A stretch of DNA of 64,000 nucleotides from Pristiophorus japonicus (GCF_044704955.1 NC_091980.1:166966001-167030000), one strand, 5' to 3'; counted from the first letter of the stretch, positions 34,522-47,859 are shown. A program made the numbers and translations. Notes: generated by a model from the letters alone, not told the origin.

Positions 34522-35856
34522 TTGGGAAAATGTTGGGAGTCCACTATTAAAGAAGCAGTAGCAGGACATTTGGAAAAGCAAAATACGGTCAGGCAGAGTC
34601 AATATGGATTTATGAAGGGGAAGTCATGTTTGACAAATTTGCTGGAGTTCTTTGAGGATGTAACAAACAGGGTGGATAAAGGGGAACCAGTGGATGTGTT
34701 GTATTTGGACTTCCAGAAGGCATTTGACAAGGTGACACATAAAAGGTTACTGCACAAGATAAAAGTTCACGGGATTGGGGGTAATATATTAGCATGGATA
34801 GAGGATTGGCTAACGAACAGAGAGTCAGGATAAATGGTTAATTCTCTGGTTGGTAACCAGTAACCAGTGGGGTGCCGCAGGGATCAGTGCCGGGACCCCA
34901 AGTATTTACAATCTATATTAATGACTTGGAAGAAGGGACTGAGTGTAATGTAGCCAAGTTTGCTGACGATACAAAGATGGGAGGAAAAGCAATGAGGAGG
35001 ACACAAAAAATCTGCAAAAGGACATAGACAGGCTAAGTGAGTGGGCAAAAATTTGGCAGATGGAGTATAATGTTAGAAAATGTGAGGCCATGCACTTAGA
35101 CAGAAAAAAAATCAAGGAGCAAGTTATTATTTAAATGGAGAAAGATTGCAAAGTGTCACAGTACAGAGGGACCTAGGGGTACTTGTGCATGAAACACAAA
35201 AGGATAGTATGCAGGTACAGCAAGTGATCAGGAAGGCTAATGGTATCTTGGCCTTTATTGCAAAGGGGTTGGAGTATAAAAGCAGGGAAGTCTTACTAAA
35301 GCTATATAAGGTATTGGTGAGGCCGCACCTGGAATACAGCGTGCAGTTTTGGTTTCCATATTTACGAAAGGATATATTTGCTTTGGAGGCAGTTCAGAGA
35401 AGGTTCACATGGTTGATTCCGGAGATGAGGGGGTTGACTTATGAGGAAAGGTTAAGTAGGTTGGGCCTCTACTCATTGAAATTCAGAAGAATGAGGGGTG
35501 ATCTTATCGAGACGTATAAGCTTATGAGGGGGCTTGACAGGGTGGATGCAGAGAGGATGTTTCCACTGATAGGTGAGACTCGAACTAGAGGGCACGATCT
35601 TAGAATAAGGGGCCGCCCATTTAAAAATTTCTTCTCTCAGAGGTTTGTGAATCTGTGGAATTCGCTGCCTCAGAGAGCTGGGACATTGAATAAATTTAAG
35701 ATAGAAATAGACAGTTTCTTAATCGTTAAGGATTTATGGAAGCGGGCAGGGAAGTGGAGCTGAGTCCATGATCAGATCAGCCATGATCTTATTGAATGGA
35801 GGAGCAGACTCGAGGGGCTGTATGGCCTACTCCTGTTCCTATTTCTTATGTTCTTA
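34522..35856 (+). mobile_element. CR1 LINE, RT domain and 3' end (frameshifted)
   Basis: QYGFMKGKSCLTNLLEFFE...YLDFQKAFDKV; FADDTK; ORF 35146..35763. Confidence 0.95.
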
Positions 35857-36021
35857 ATTACATCTCTTGGCTTGGTGAGCACCCAAATCAGCCAGCTGAG
35901 CATGCTGGAAGGGGATAGTCAGCGCAGTAGAATTTGTTATTGGGCGACTTGGAACTTGTGGCCTGGCCAAGGCCCATTGTCCAAAATAACACCCACGGTT
36001 TTAGAATGAGTGTGAAGACAA

Positions 36022-36726
36022 TGGCCCAGAAACCGCTGCCAAAATATCGGCAAGTTTAATGGCACTTGCCGTTATTAATATGTAAATTGTCCAGCAACTT
36101 GTGGTGAGGAAGTGATATGCTGTGAATTGCAATTCTCCACAGCTGCTGGACGATTTGTGCTGCTCTGCCGTTAGTCTTGCAAAAACGGCATCTCACCCTC
36201 AACCTCCCCGTGAGTTTTAAGAACTTGCTGGAGTTGCACAGTAAGCTCACTGTAGAAAGTTAGAGCTGATACCTAACAGCATAAGTACACTTTTAATAAT
36301 GTAGCAATTATTAATACAATGCCAAAAAACTTTCTGACTCAGAAAGCAAACCATTTAAACTATTGAGTCTCATTCCTGTGTGTAGCAAATTCTGCTTAGA
36401 AATTTAAATTTTTTAAATTTTAAATACTTCAATTTTTTTCTTATTTTTGCTCTTTTTTTTCTTCTCTCTTAATCCAACCTTTCTTTCCCTCTCAGATTTC
36501 TCTCTACCTGATTTGACTCTAATTCACCCTATTTCCTTCTCCGGAATTCCTGTTTCTTTCTCAATCCTTAAATCACGGTTGGTCCTGTCGTTCACCAAGG
36601 TCCCAGGTGGCCTGTTGCCAGTTAACAGTTTGCACTTCCAGCAAGTTGCAGGGCAAAATGTTTTTGAACAGAAAGATGCAGGAAAAAGTCGAAGGAGTTT
36701 GTCTTGCTCCAGCAAATTCTGGACCA
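36022..36726. mobile_element. MITE-like element, Harbinger-like termini
   Basis: TGGCCCAGAA / TTCTGGACCA termini; TSD not clear. Confidence 0.55.
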
Positions 36727-36764
36727 GTGCACTTCAGGACGTAACAATTAGGTATTGCGAAACT

Positions 36765-37525
36765 TCAGTAATGTGGGAAAAGGTAAGGTTATCCACTTTG
36801 GTAGGAAGAATAAAAAAGCAAATTATTAGTTAAATGGAGAGAGACTACAAAATGCTGCGGCACAGAGGGATCTGGGAGTCCTTGCACATGAAACACAAAA
36901 AGTTAGCATGCAGCTACAGCAAGTAATTAGGAAGGCAAATGGAATGTTGGCCTTTATTGCAAGAAAAGTAGGGAAGTCTTGCTACAACTGGAGTACTGCG
37001 TACAGCTTTGGTCTCCTTATTTAAGGAGCGATATATTTGCATTGGAGGCTGTTCAGAGAAGGTTCACGAGGTTGATTCCTGAGATGAGGGGGTTGTCTTA
37101 TGAACAAAGATTGAGCAGGTTGAGCCTATACTCGTTGGAGTTTAGAAGAATGAGACGTGATCTTATTGAAATGTATAAAATTGTGAGGGGACTTGACAGG
37201 GTAGATGCAGAGAGGATGTTTCCTCTCATGGGCGAATCTAGAACTAGGGGGCATAGTTTCAGAATAAGGGGTCGCCCATTTAAAATGAAAATGAGGAATT
37301 TCTTCTCTCAGAGGGTCATGAATCCTTGGAATTCTCTACCCGAGAGAGCTATTGAGGCTGGAGCATTGAATATATTTAAGGTGGAGAAAGACAGATTTTT
37401 GAACGATAAGGGAGTCAAGGGATATGGGGAACGAGCAGGGAAGTGGAGTTGAGGCCACGATCAGATCAGCCATGATCTTATTGAATGGTGGAGCAGGCTC
37501 GAGGGGCCAAATGGCCGACTCCTGC
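36765..37525 (+). mobile_element. CR1 LINE 3' portion
   Basis: ORF 36979..37452: LEYCVQLWSPYL...GERAGKWS. Confidence 0.93.
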
Positions 37526-37829
37526 TCCTATTTCTTATGCTCTTATGGTGGCGAGTGGGAACGGTGTATGAAGCTGAATGCTCCATTTTAAAGGCCTCCT
37601 CCATGACGTTCTTGCTGGGTAGGTTAAAATCCACCCCCGGGCTTTTTCCCATCAAAAATTTAAAAAAGTAACAGAACTTAAAACCTGAAAAGAAACTTTT
37701 TTTCCCCCCAAGATCATATGCTGCTGAGGCACCTTTGGAAATGGTGTAAACTGCACAGCTCACTGTGGGATCCGCCTTTAGCTGACAAGGTCATGAATGT
37801 GGGCAAAAACAAATCCAAGTGCAGGCATC

Positions 37830-38737
37830 CCCCTGAGACTGAGGGATGATCTGATCGAGGTCTTGAGTAAGGGATTCGATAGGGTAGATACGGAGACCCT
37901 TGTTCTGGTGGGACAATCCAGAACAAGGGTGCACAATCTTAAAATTAGGAAGGAAATCAGGAAGCACTTTTTCCACACAAAGGGTAGTGGAAATCTGGAA
38001 TTCTTTTCCCCCCAAAAGGCTGTGGATGCTGGGGGTCAATTGGAGCTTTCCAGTCTGAGATGGATTGATTTTTGTTGGGATTGGGCATTATCATCGTAGG
38101 CAGTCCCTTGAAATCGAGGAAGACTTGCTTCCACTCTAAAAGTGAGTTCTCAGGTGACTGTGCAGTCCAATATGGGAATTACAGTCTCTGTCACAGGTGG
38201 GACAGACAGTCGTTGAAGGAAAGGGTAGGTGGGGAGTCTGGTTTGCCGCACATTCCTTTCGCTATCTGCGCTTGCTTTCTGCATGCTCTTGGCGACGAGA
38301 CTCGAGGTGCTCTGCGCCCTCCCAGATGTTCTTCCTCCACTTTGGGCGGTCTTGGGCCAGGGATTCCCAGGTGCTGGTGGGGATGTTGCACTTTATCAAG
38401 GAGGCTTTGAGGGTGACCTTGAAACGTTTCCTCTACCCACCTGGGGCTCACTTGCCGTGTAGCAGTTCCGAGTAGAGCGCTTGCTTTGGGAATATCATGT
38501 CGGGCATGCGGATAATGTGGCCCACCCAGCAGAGCTGGTCGAGTGTGGTCAGTGCTTCGATGCTGGGGATGTTGGCCTGATTGAGAATACTGACGTTGGT
38601 GCGTCTGTCCTCCCAGGGGATTTGCATCAAGGGATATGGAGCAAAGGCGGATAGATGGGAGTTGAGATACAGATCAGCCATGATCCAATTGAATGCTGGA
38701 GTAGGATTGAGGGGCTGAATGGCCTACTGTTCCTATG
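37830..38737 (+). mobile_element. CR1 LINE 3' end split by an RTE insertion
   Basis: RLRDDLIEV...RKHFFHT...; resumes at CATCAAGGGATATGG after the RTE. Confidence 0.8.
38089..38623 (-). mobile_element. RTE-clade LINE 3' end
   Basis: QIPWEDRRTNVSILNQANIPSIEAL...WVGHIIRMPD...PKQALYSEL; (ATG)n tail; GCAT at both junctions. Confidence 0.9.
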
Positions 38738-39124
38738 GGAGGCTGAGGCCTTGAAGCAAAAATAAAAAAGAAGGTATCAAGGACACACAAGACAACTTTT
38801 ATAGCTAAATTTAATCATGTTATTGTGAAATATGTAAATTTAGAATTTTTTATTGTTATTGCCTCATTTCAGCCTCAAGAGGACAAAAGGGCACATGAAA
38901 ATTCTTTCCAGAAATATTTTGAGTGACCAGATTGGCTTGCCACCTGTCCAGGCCGGTTTTCTTGGCTGGTCATTCAGGATTAGTTGTTTTACAAAGACCT
39001 TGGTTCTCTTCTCGCTCTGTTCCTCACTTTTGCTTCGGCATTCCCCGACCCCTTCAGTTCTAATTTGCTCCTGTTTCATTTTGGGCTCTTCAATAAAGTG
39101 TGGCAGAAAAGTCTGATGCTACAG

Positions 39125-39450
39125 GAAAAGAAAGACTTACATTGATATTGCCCTTTTCACGACCACCGGACATCTCAAAGTGCATTACAGCCAATGGAGT
39201 ACTTTTGGAGTGTAGTCACTGTTGTAATGTGGGAAACGTGGCAGCCAATTTGCGCACAGCAAGCACCCACAAACAGCAATGTGATAATGACCAGATAATC
39301 CGATTTTTTAAATGTTGATTGAGGGATAAATATTGGCCAGGACACCGGGGATAACTCCCCTGCTCTTCTTCGAAATAGTGCCATGGGATCTTTTACATCC
39401 ACCTAAGAGAGCAGACAGGGCCTCGGTTTAACATCTTATTTGAAAGACGA
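39125..39450 (-). mobile_element. SacSINE1-like SINE, 5'-truncated
   Basis: Tail and Deu core. Confidence 0.88.
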
Positions 39451-40189
39451 GAGGAAAAAAAGTGAGAAACAGGAAGGCAGGTGCAGATTTGAAACATGGT
39501 CAAGTTTTAAAGAGCCATTCCCGACACCACTTTGAAGTGAAGGTACTGTCCAGCCATGGAGATGAATGGAAACAATACTGCGGCTTAAATCCCGCTGACT
39601 CCGCTCAAGGTTGTATCAAAGCAAAATCATCGGATGCAATCTGAGCTTATTCTTGAGCTGAACCATTGCAGAGCTGAAGAGCCAAAAGTAGTTTCTATTT
39701 TAAGCTGGTTATTTACTTTAGCTGTCTCCAACAGACTGAATAACATACTTCAGGGTCATTTGTGTGCAATTAGAACGTATCTGTCAAAAGTTGTATGGAG
39801 CAGACAATTGGCCAAAGCTGCAGCTGGGATCTTTTTTTTTTAAACCTTGCGATTTACATCATGGAAATGTACTTAATCTCTATGTATTCCAGATGTGGAA
39901 CCTCTGTATAAATGAGTAATAGTCTAATCACCAGTTTGCACAGTTACAGCTAAGTGACCTGAGCAGAGATATTTTCTGTTGCTTACACTTTTTCGGAATT
40001 CTACTTTGTAAACTTAGCTTGCTGTGTCCTCTTGAGCATAGATATAGCAGATCATTAGCAACTTGTTTCCTAGTCCCTCAAAACCGTGGCGTTCCACTTC
40101 CTTCCCTCCCTCAGTTTCCTCTTCCCTCCCTCCCTCAGTCTTCTCTTCTCTCCCTCCCTCCTGCAGTCTTCTTTCCCCTCCCACAGTCT

Positions 40190-40405
40190 TCTCTTTTGAT
40201 GACATCCTTTAGGTGTTGGCGAAGTCAGTATTCACTTACTGATTGATACCCTTTGGGTGCTGGTGGGGCCAGAATTCATTGACCATGTCCTCACCCAATC
40301 ACCCAATGGCCCAATAACCAGCAAGGCCGTGGGTTAGCAATCAAGTGCAGGAACCCTGGCCCATTTCTCCTCTCCCTAAATCAGGAGGCTGAGGCCAATT
40401 TCAGT
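40190..40405 (-). mobile_element. AmnSINE2-like SINE fragment
   Basis: GCAGGAACCCTGGCC...CTCCCTAA...GCTGAGGCCAATT. Confidence 0.5.
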
Positions 40406-41256
40406 ACTTGCATGGGTTCTTGTTCTTTTTCTTTCTCCTGTTTCTCTCTAACTTTCTCTTTTTTCACATTCTTTTTCTCTTGATGTATCCCTCGTATCTG
40501 TTTGTCTCTCATTTCTCTGCCTATCTTTTCTCTATCTGTGTTTGTACTTCTCTGTCTTCATCTCTCCCTCTTTCTATATCTGTCTCTGTCTATCTGTCTC
40601 CATCTCCGTCGTTATCGCTCTATCTCTGTGTGGAATTTATCCTGACCTTGCACTGCAGCAATGCTGCTTTCCGCTCCCAGGTATATAGCTACATTCCTAA
40701 TGGTACTTCCTTGGGGAGCTTGTGGGGGAAGGGGGGACGGGGGTGAGTGTGCACTCCCTGATGACCGTGAAGCACAAATAAGATGTTTAACCCGTGTCTT
40801 TGCTTTCTTGCTGTCAGCATTTTTTGTTCTCTTGCTCGCTTGCTCTCTCGGCTGAGGATAACCATATTAGTGGTAACCTGACACTGACTTGCACAGAAGA
40901 AAATCCTTTATTGTCTCCCCTGCAGCAGCTGTCAGTCATATCAACGGGCAAGGAATGAACCTGGAGACCGACCTTAAATTACTTTAAAATGCTTGTCTGT
41001 TATCTATTTAAAAGCATGTGATGTTCCCTTGCAAAGCTTTAACAGATTTAGTCACGCCATTCTGATAAGCTGAGTGAGAAGCAGGAATGTTGTGTTTGGT
41101 GTTGATTAACGTATTGGGAGTCAGGGTGGCAGGAATAAGAATTGTTTGGTGTGACAGGTATCTTTCTTGCACTTTTGTGGTTTTTATTCGAGCTGAGCTG
41201 CCACCTGCAACGACTGCAGTGCAGAATTGAAACATTTTCAAAAGGAATGTACTGCT

Positions 41257-41670
41257 GTGTCCCACTCCAGAGACTTGAGCACACAATCTAAGCTCTCCCA
41301 TTGCAGTACTGAGGGAGTTGCTGCACTATCTGAGAGTGCAGCAACTCTTTCGGATGAGACGTTAAACCGAGGCCCCGTTTGCCCCCTCGGGTGGGTGTAA
41401 AAGATCCCATGGCACTACGTTGAAGAGCAGGGGAGTTCTCCCCAGTTCTTTCTGCCCTGACCAATATTTATCCTTGAACCAACATCACTAAAACAGATTA
41501 CCTGTTCATTATCTGATTTGCTATTTGTGGGACCTTGCTGTGCACAAATTGGCTGCCACGTTTCCTACATTAGAACAGGGACTACATTTCCAAAGTGCTT
41601 GATTGGCTGTAAAGCGCTTTGGGACGTCCTGAGATTGCGAAATGCGCGGTATAAATACAAGTCTTTCGTT
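41257..41670 (+). mobile_element. SacSINE1-like SINE
   Basis: CTTTCGGATGAGACGTTAAACCGAGGCCCC...AAGATCCCATGGCAC, plus tail. Confidence 0.88.
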
Positions 41671-41849
41671 TTGTTTTCCAATCACACACGCACGCTAGCT
41701 TTGTTTAAAAAAAAAATTACTTGTCAAACCTTTAAGGGTGAGACGGGGTGATTCACAAAGCCTGTATCCACCCAGTGATGGATTGCCACAGCCCAGCTAT
41801 CCGGGTTCCCCAGAAAATGTGTGTCTAGCCCCTGTACTAGCGTCTGATG

Positions 41850-42072
41850 CCAGAAAACACTGAGCAAGTCAGGCAGCATCTGTGGAGAAAGGAAGAAGGT
41901 TAGGTTAACGTTTCAGGTCTGTGACCCTTGATCAGAATGTGGGTTCTGGCGAATAGTTATACCTGAAAATTGACATAATCTTTTCTCCCTTCGCAGATTC
42001 AGCCTGACCTGCTGAGTTTTCCAGCATTTTCCCTTTTTGTTGGAAGATTTCCAGCATCTGCAGTATTTTTCT
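41850..42072. mobile_element. Fold-back Penelope-like terminal repeat with two divergent hammerhead-like motifs
   Basis: Arms are inverted copies. The minus arm reads CTGATCA-AGGGTC-ACA-GACCT-GAAACGTTAAC; the plus arm reads CTGGCGA...CCTGAAAATTGAC. Confidence 0.6.
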
Positions 42073-42439
42073 TTCATTTCCATTTCCATTTATATATCGC
42101 CTTTCACAAACTCAGAACGTCACAAAGAGCTTTATACCCAAATGAGGTATTTTTGAAGTGTAATGAAGGAAAAGATACGGAAAAGATTCCCGCAGAACGC
42201 CAGCTTTAGTGATTCCTCCCCTCCCCTGTTCACCCCAATCCACAATCACTGCAATAAAGTTCAATGAATTGCATCACAGGATTTATATCCTCCAAATGCT
42301 ATATATCAATTAAAGCGTTAACTTAAAAAGAAAAACACCAATCCTGTTGTAACCCTGGGAGACTGTGTAGGCAGCTGGTTCATCTCTGGAACCAGGACTG
42401 GAATCCAGCTCAGGGGTAGTAGATGGAAGTCAAAGAAAA

Positions 42440-42622
42440 GAAAGAAAGAACTTGTATTTATACAGCGCCTTTCATGACCTCAGGACGTCCCAAAGCGCTT
42501 TACAGCTACTGAAGTACTTTTGATGTGTAGTCACTGTCGTAATGTAGGAAACGCGGCAGTCAATCTGCGCACAGCAATCTTCCACAAACAGCAATGAGAT
42601 AATGACCAGATATTGGCCAGGC
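42440..42622 (-). mobile_element. SacSINE1-like SINE 3' fragment
   Basis: Tail match. Confidence 0.85.
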
Positions 42623-43054
42623 CTCTCTATTGGCTGTAAAGCTCCAACAGAAATGTTTATGAGCTTAGTTCATGGTCACCATGAGCACACAGTGCAAAAC
42701 CTCCCTGTATTGGGAGTGACTTGACGTGCAATGGTTGGTCTGGCTCCAGAGATACAAACGGTGCTAAATGGGGAAATGCCACACCAGAAGGGGGTGCTGA
42801 GTTTTGGACAGAACATCTTTAACCGGCATCTAACTGCTCTACCAGTCCTGGGAATGTGTCATACTGGGTCAATGAATCAAAAAATTGCACCTCTGAGACC
42901 GAGTCCTCTTATTAATGTGCTCAAAGATACATCAGATGATATATATTTTTTTTAGAAATATATAGAAGGTAATGATTAGGATCATACAGCACAGAAGGAA
43001 GCCATTCGGCCCATTCTGTCTGTGCTGGCTCTTTGAAAGAGCTGTCCGTGAGGA

Positions 43055-43547
43055 CCGAGTGATTTTAATACCTAGGCCTCAGCTACATGGCGTGGTCAGC
43101 TGCTTGCTCGAAACGGGGGATAAAGCGGCAGGTGGGCGGGACTGGAAATTTAGGTGGCAGGAGGCCATTGGCTGGCAGGAGGCTAAGTCTCGATGAGCGG
43201 GTTTCGGGAGAGCCTCGCGAGAGGGAAGAGGGGGAGTCTGGGTCATAGGGGGCCCACGAGAAAAGTTTTTTAAAAATTACGTTAAATGGCCTCTTCTGGT
43301 CCCGCATCCTCTTTCCGCTGTCTTCACCCGCTCAGGCTAGAGTTAAAATTGGGGTCCGGGCCCAATGATATCACCTAACTCTGATCTGCCTATTTAAAGA
43401 AGGACCCCGGCGACCTCAGGCGGGTGCCTTTGCTGCCTGCTCAGAAGAGCAGATTTAGATTAAAGATGGCACGTACCAGATGGTTAAGTCACCGGATCAA
43501 TTTTAACTGCCTGCCTGGCTACCAGCAGGCCAGTTAATATCATCCCT
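43055..43547. mobile_element. MITE-like element
   Basis: Degenerate termini GAGTGATTTTAA / TTAATATCATCCC, internal GTTAAAATT motifs, GC-rich. Confidence 0.45.
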
Positions 43548-43904
43548 TATGTGTGTTTGGAAACTGGGATTTTGGTCTTTGAAGTCTTGTGACAGAAAGT
43601 TGAGAAGTTGGCAGCTGTTTTTGATGCCGACAATGCTGTGTGTTTTTTTACCAAACCAAGTTGGTAAGTTAATTGTTTCTGACCCTTCTCAGCTGTGCAA
43701 GATGTGAGACAGGCCGTGTCCTCACTGGCTGGCTGACGCACTCCAGAATCTCCACCAGGAAACTGTGCAATGCACTGGCCAGGCCACACACGAAGTTGCT
43801 CTGGTCACCATGACATCTGGTTGGTCATCCAGGCCCAAGAGGAGATACAGAGGAGAGCAATGAGGCTGTTCCCCAGTGTGAGGGGTCAGCTCTCGAGATC
43901 AGAT

Positions 43905-44530
43905 GAGTGAGCATTTAGAAATGTATAGGATAATTTTGTTAAAGACAAGGCTTGGCTGGTGTTTAATAGAATTTTTGGAAGAAGTGACTGATAGTGAGAG
44001 TGCAGTGGATGTAATGGATGTGCGATTTCAGAAGGCATTTGATATGATATCTTGCTAGGGTTGCCAACTCTGGTTGGACATATTCCTGGAGGTTTCATCA
44101 TATGACCAGCGACCCCCACCCCAACGCTCACGCCATTACTCGCCCGACAAGTCCACTCTTGCAGCCCTCCGCCCTTGCTCGCTGATTGGACAGCGAATAG
44201 ACTCTTCGCGATTGGATTGGATGATTCTTCACTGTCAGTCAAACACCCTTTTTCTCCAATCTCCAATATTTTTATAACTAATGAACAAAGTGTTCGGAAC
44301 ACTTTTTTTAATGCCCCCTATAATTTCTTTCTGGTTTGCTCACAGCAGTGTGCTGGAGGTTAGTCTTTAATTCCTTCCAGGGGTTTCCCTGGAGTCTCCA
44401 GGAATTAAAGTTGCCCCATGGCAACTCTATGTTTTGCAGAAGGTTTGTAACAAATATTAAACGGCTATGGTATAAAAGGCAATGTGCTAGATGGACACTA
44501 CATTGGCCGGTGGACAAGAAACAGCGGGCT
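43905..44530 (+). mobile_element. Old CR1 RT fragment split by hAT MITE
   Basis: LIEFLEEVT...VDV...FQKAFD upstream; continuation after 44437. Confidence 0.65.
44056..44429. mobile_element. hAT-like MITE
   Basis: TIRs TAGGGTTGCCA / TGGCAACTCTA; 8-bp TSD TATCTTGC / TGTTTTGC (6/8). Confidence 0.8.
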
Positions 44531-44964
44531 CGGATTGTTTCTGACCCTTCTCAGCTGTGCAAGATGTGAGACAGGCCGTGTTCTCACAGGCTGGCTGACG
44601 CACTCCAGAATCTCCACCAGGAAACTGTGCAATGCACTGGCCAGGCCACACACCTGGTCACCATGACATCTTGTTGGTGTCATGGCCAACTCCTGTTCCT
44701 ATGTTCCTGTCATGGAAAAACAACCAATGGGAGCATACACTGAAATGAAAGATGGTGAAAGAGTAGGTGAACAGAGACCTCAAGGGACAAATACAAGGTT
44801 CTAAAAATCTTACCACACATTGTTCAGTTGGTCGGTTTAAGTTTATTCTGGGTCAATTTCGGGTCACTGTCCACATCTCCCATAGGAGGCGTGATTGGAG
44901 AAGGGTTGGAAGTGGTGTAACCGGGGAGGTAGGGGAAGGGGGCTGTGCTGGGCCCACTTTTACT

Positions 44965-45206
44965 GTCAGTATATTCACACAAAGGGTGGCAGAAGGTTGG
45001 AAATCTCCCTCACAAGAAGCAGTAGGTGCTAGCTCCATTAATAATTTTAAATCTGTGATCGATGGATTTTTGCTCGACCAGGGTATAAAAGGATATGGAG
45101 CCAAAGCAGTTGGATAGAGGTTAAGATACAGAATAGCCATTATCTCATTGAATGGCGAATCAGGCGCGAGGGGCTGAATGGTCAACTCCTGTTCCTACGT
45201 TCCTAT
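44965..45206 (+). mobile_element. CR1 LINE 3' end
   Basis: FTQRVAEGWKSPSQ...GIKGYG; CCTGTTCCTA tail. Confidence 0.8.
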
Positions 45207-47157
45207 CATGGAAAAACAACCAATAGGAGCATACGCTGAAATAAAAGATGGTGAAAGGAATAGGCGAACAGAGATCTCGAGGGACAAATACGTAATTGCC
45301 TGAAAAGTGCAAGTGCTGGGAGATAAAACCATTATAAGTTCAACAGCATTGTGGATTTAATAAATGGGGCATAGGAACAGGAGTAGGCCATTGAGCCCCT
45401 CAAGCCTGCTCCACCATTCAATGAGATCATGGCTGAGATACGACCTAACTCCATATACCCGCATTTGGCCTATATCCCTTAATACCTTTGGATAATAAAA
45501 AGCTATCAATTTATCAATTTCCGATTTAAAATTAACAATTAATCTAGCCTCAATTGCCGTTTGCGGAGGAGGGTTCCAAACTTCTACCGCCCTTTGTGTG
45601 TAGAAGGAGTTTCCTAATTTCACTTCTGAAAGGTCTGGCTCTAATTTAGACTATGTCCCCTAGTCCTAGAATCCCCAACCAGTAGAAATAATTTCTATCC
45701 ACTTGATCTGTTTCCCTTAATATCTTGAAAATTTTGATCAGATCACCCCTTAACCGTCTAAATTTGAGGGAATACAACCCTAATTTGTGTAATCTCTCCT
45801 CGTAACTTAACCCTTGAGGTCCGGGTATCATTCTGGTAAACCTACACTGCACTCCCTCCAAGGCCAATATATCCTTCCTAAGGTGTGGTACCCAGAACTG
45901 TTCACAGCACTCCAGGTATGGTCTAACCAGGGCTTTGTATAGCTGCAGCATAAATTCTACCCCCCTGTATTCTACTTCTCTAGATATAAAGACCAGTATT
46001 CCATTAGCTTTTTTGATTATTTTCTGTATCTCTTCATGACATTTAATGATTTATGTACCTGGATCATCAAGTCTCTTTGGACCTCCACTGTTTTTAGCCA
46101 TTCACCATTTAAAAAGTACCCTGTTCTATGCTTTTTTAGGTCCAAAGTGGATGACCTCACATTTGCCTCCATTAAAATCCATTTGCCACAGTTTTGCCCA
46201 TTCACTTAATCTATCGATATCCCTTTATAATTTTATACTTTATCTATACTGCCTATAATGCCACCTATCTTTCTGTCTTTGGTAAATTTGGATATGTGAC
46301 ATTCTGTGCCATCATCTAAGTCGTTAATAAATACGGTGAATAGTTGAAGTCTCGACACAGATCCCTGTGGGACACCACTAGTCACATCCTGCCAATTAGA
46401 GTACCTGCCCATTATCCCTACTGCCTGTCTCCTGTCGCTCAGTCAATTTCCTAACCAGGTCAATAATTTGCCCTCAATTCCGTATCTTATAACTTTATCT
46501 GAACTTCCAGAAGGCATTTGATAAATAACATCCATAAACATTCCCCTGTCCACTACTTTAGTCACCTCCTCAAAAAATTAATCAGATTTGTCAGGCGTGA
46601 CCTACCTTTCACAAATTCATGCTGGCTCTCTGATCAACTGAAAATTTTCAAGATGTTGAGTCACCCTATCCTTAATTATAGATTCTAGCAATTTCCCGAC
46701 AACAGATATTGGGCTAACTGGTCTATAATTCCTTGGTTTCCCTCTCTCGTCATTCTTAAATAGCAGAGTGACATGCGCAGTTTTCCAAACTAAATGAATT
46801 GTACCTGAATCAAGAGAACTTTGGAAGATTATATTTGGGGCATCTGCAATGTTGGCTCACCTACTTCCTTCAAAACCCTGGGATGGAAATCATCTGGTCC
46901 TGGGGATTTATCACACTTTAGTGCCATTATTTTCTTCATTAGTTATTTTACTTACATCAACTTTTTGCGTCCCTGTCCCTGTTTCAATATTCCTTGGGAT
47001 TTCCAGCATGCTATCCTCTTCTTTTACTGTAAATGCTGACGCAAAGTAATTATTTAACATGTCCATCATTTCCTTGTTAGCATTGACAATATCACCGCTT
47101 TCAGTTTTTAAGGGGCCAACATTGCTGCTAACTACCCTTTATTCCCTAATATTATTT

Positions 47158-47859
47158 GGGGCCGAAATTCAGCCTCTCAATAAGGCCTGTTACCGCCGGA
47201 AAGCGATTTTTGGTCGACTGGCCGCCGCTCATGAAATTCTCATCGATGGTTTTTCTGGTGGTCCCCACTTTCGCCTCACTGCTGCTAAACCCTCCTAAGT
47301 ACATCACCGCTGATCTCCTGTGTCACAAGCAAAATTCACATAAAAAATCTTGCCACTGCCGCGCGGTGCCCCTGACAGTTTATTCTGTCGGTGCACTGTG
47401 TTTGCAGTGTGTGCAAAATGGCGGTGCGGCCGACATTAAAGGGGAAGGTGCACTGCCGCGGCCGCCATCTTATTTTTTTCGGCTGACTGCCAGGTCAGCC
47501 CGACAATTAAGACCGCGGTTCAGCCGGGCCGCCAACAGGCAGCCTGGCACAACCCTCCCTGGTGGCCCAGTGGAAAATAATCGCAGGGCTCGCAGTGGCT
47601 CTCCACTTTAAGTAAAGGGGAGAGACATGGTGACGCACCAGTGTGATGACTGACAGCGGCGGACAATCCGCCCACCCCTACTTCCTTGTGACCGATGATC
47701 TGCTCTCCGTCCCACTTCCGGCCCCATTATGACTGACTTCCACTCTGCTCGAAAAAAAAGACAAAGAGCTGAATTTCACGCAAGAGGCCACCGCGGCGGT
47801 GAAAACACGGGGAAAACGGTAGGTGCGACCTGTTTCCGGCGGAGGTGAAGTTCTATCCC
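47158..47859. mobile_element. GC-rich MITE nested in CR1, Harbinger-like
   Basis: Starts GGGGCCGAAATTC, ends GAAGTTCTATCCC; CR1 sequence continues on both sides. Confidence 0.7.

Noticed and set aside
34460-37637. One MITE split by 3 kb of nested insertions
   Set aside because: The termini are only weakly similar and unrelated unique sequence lies between them.
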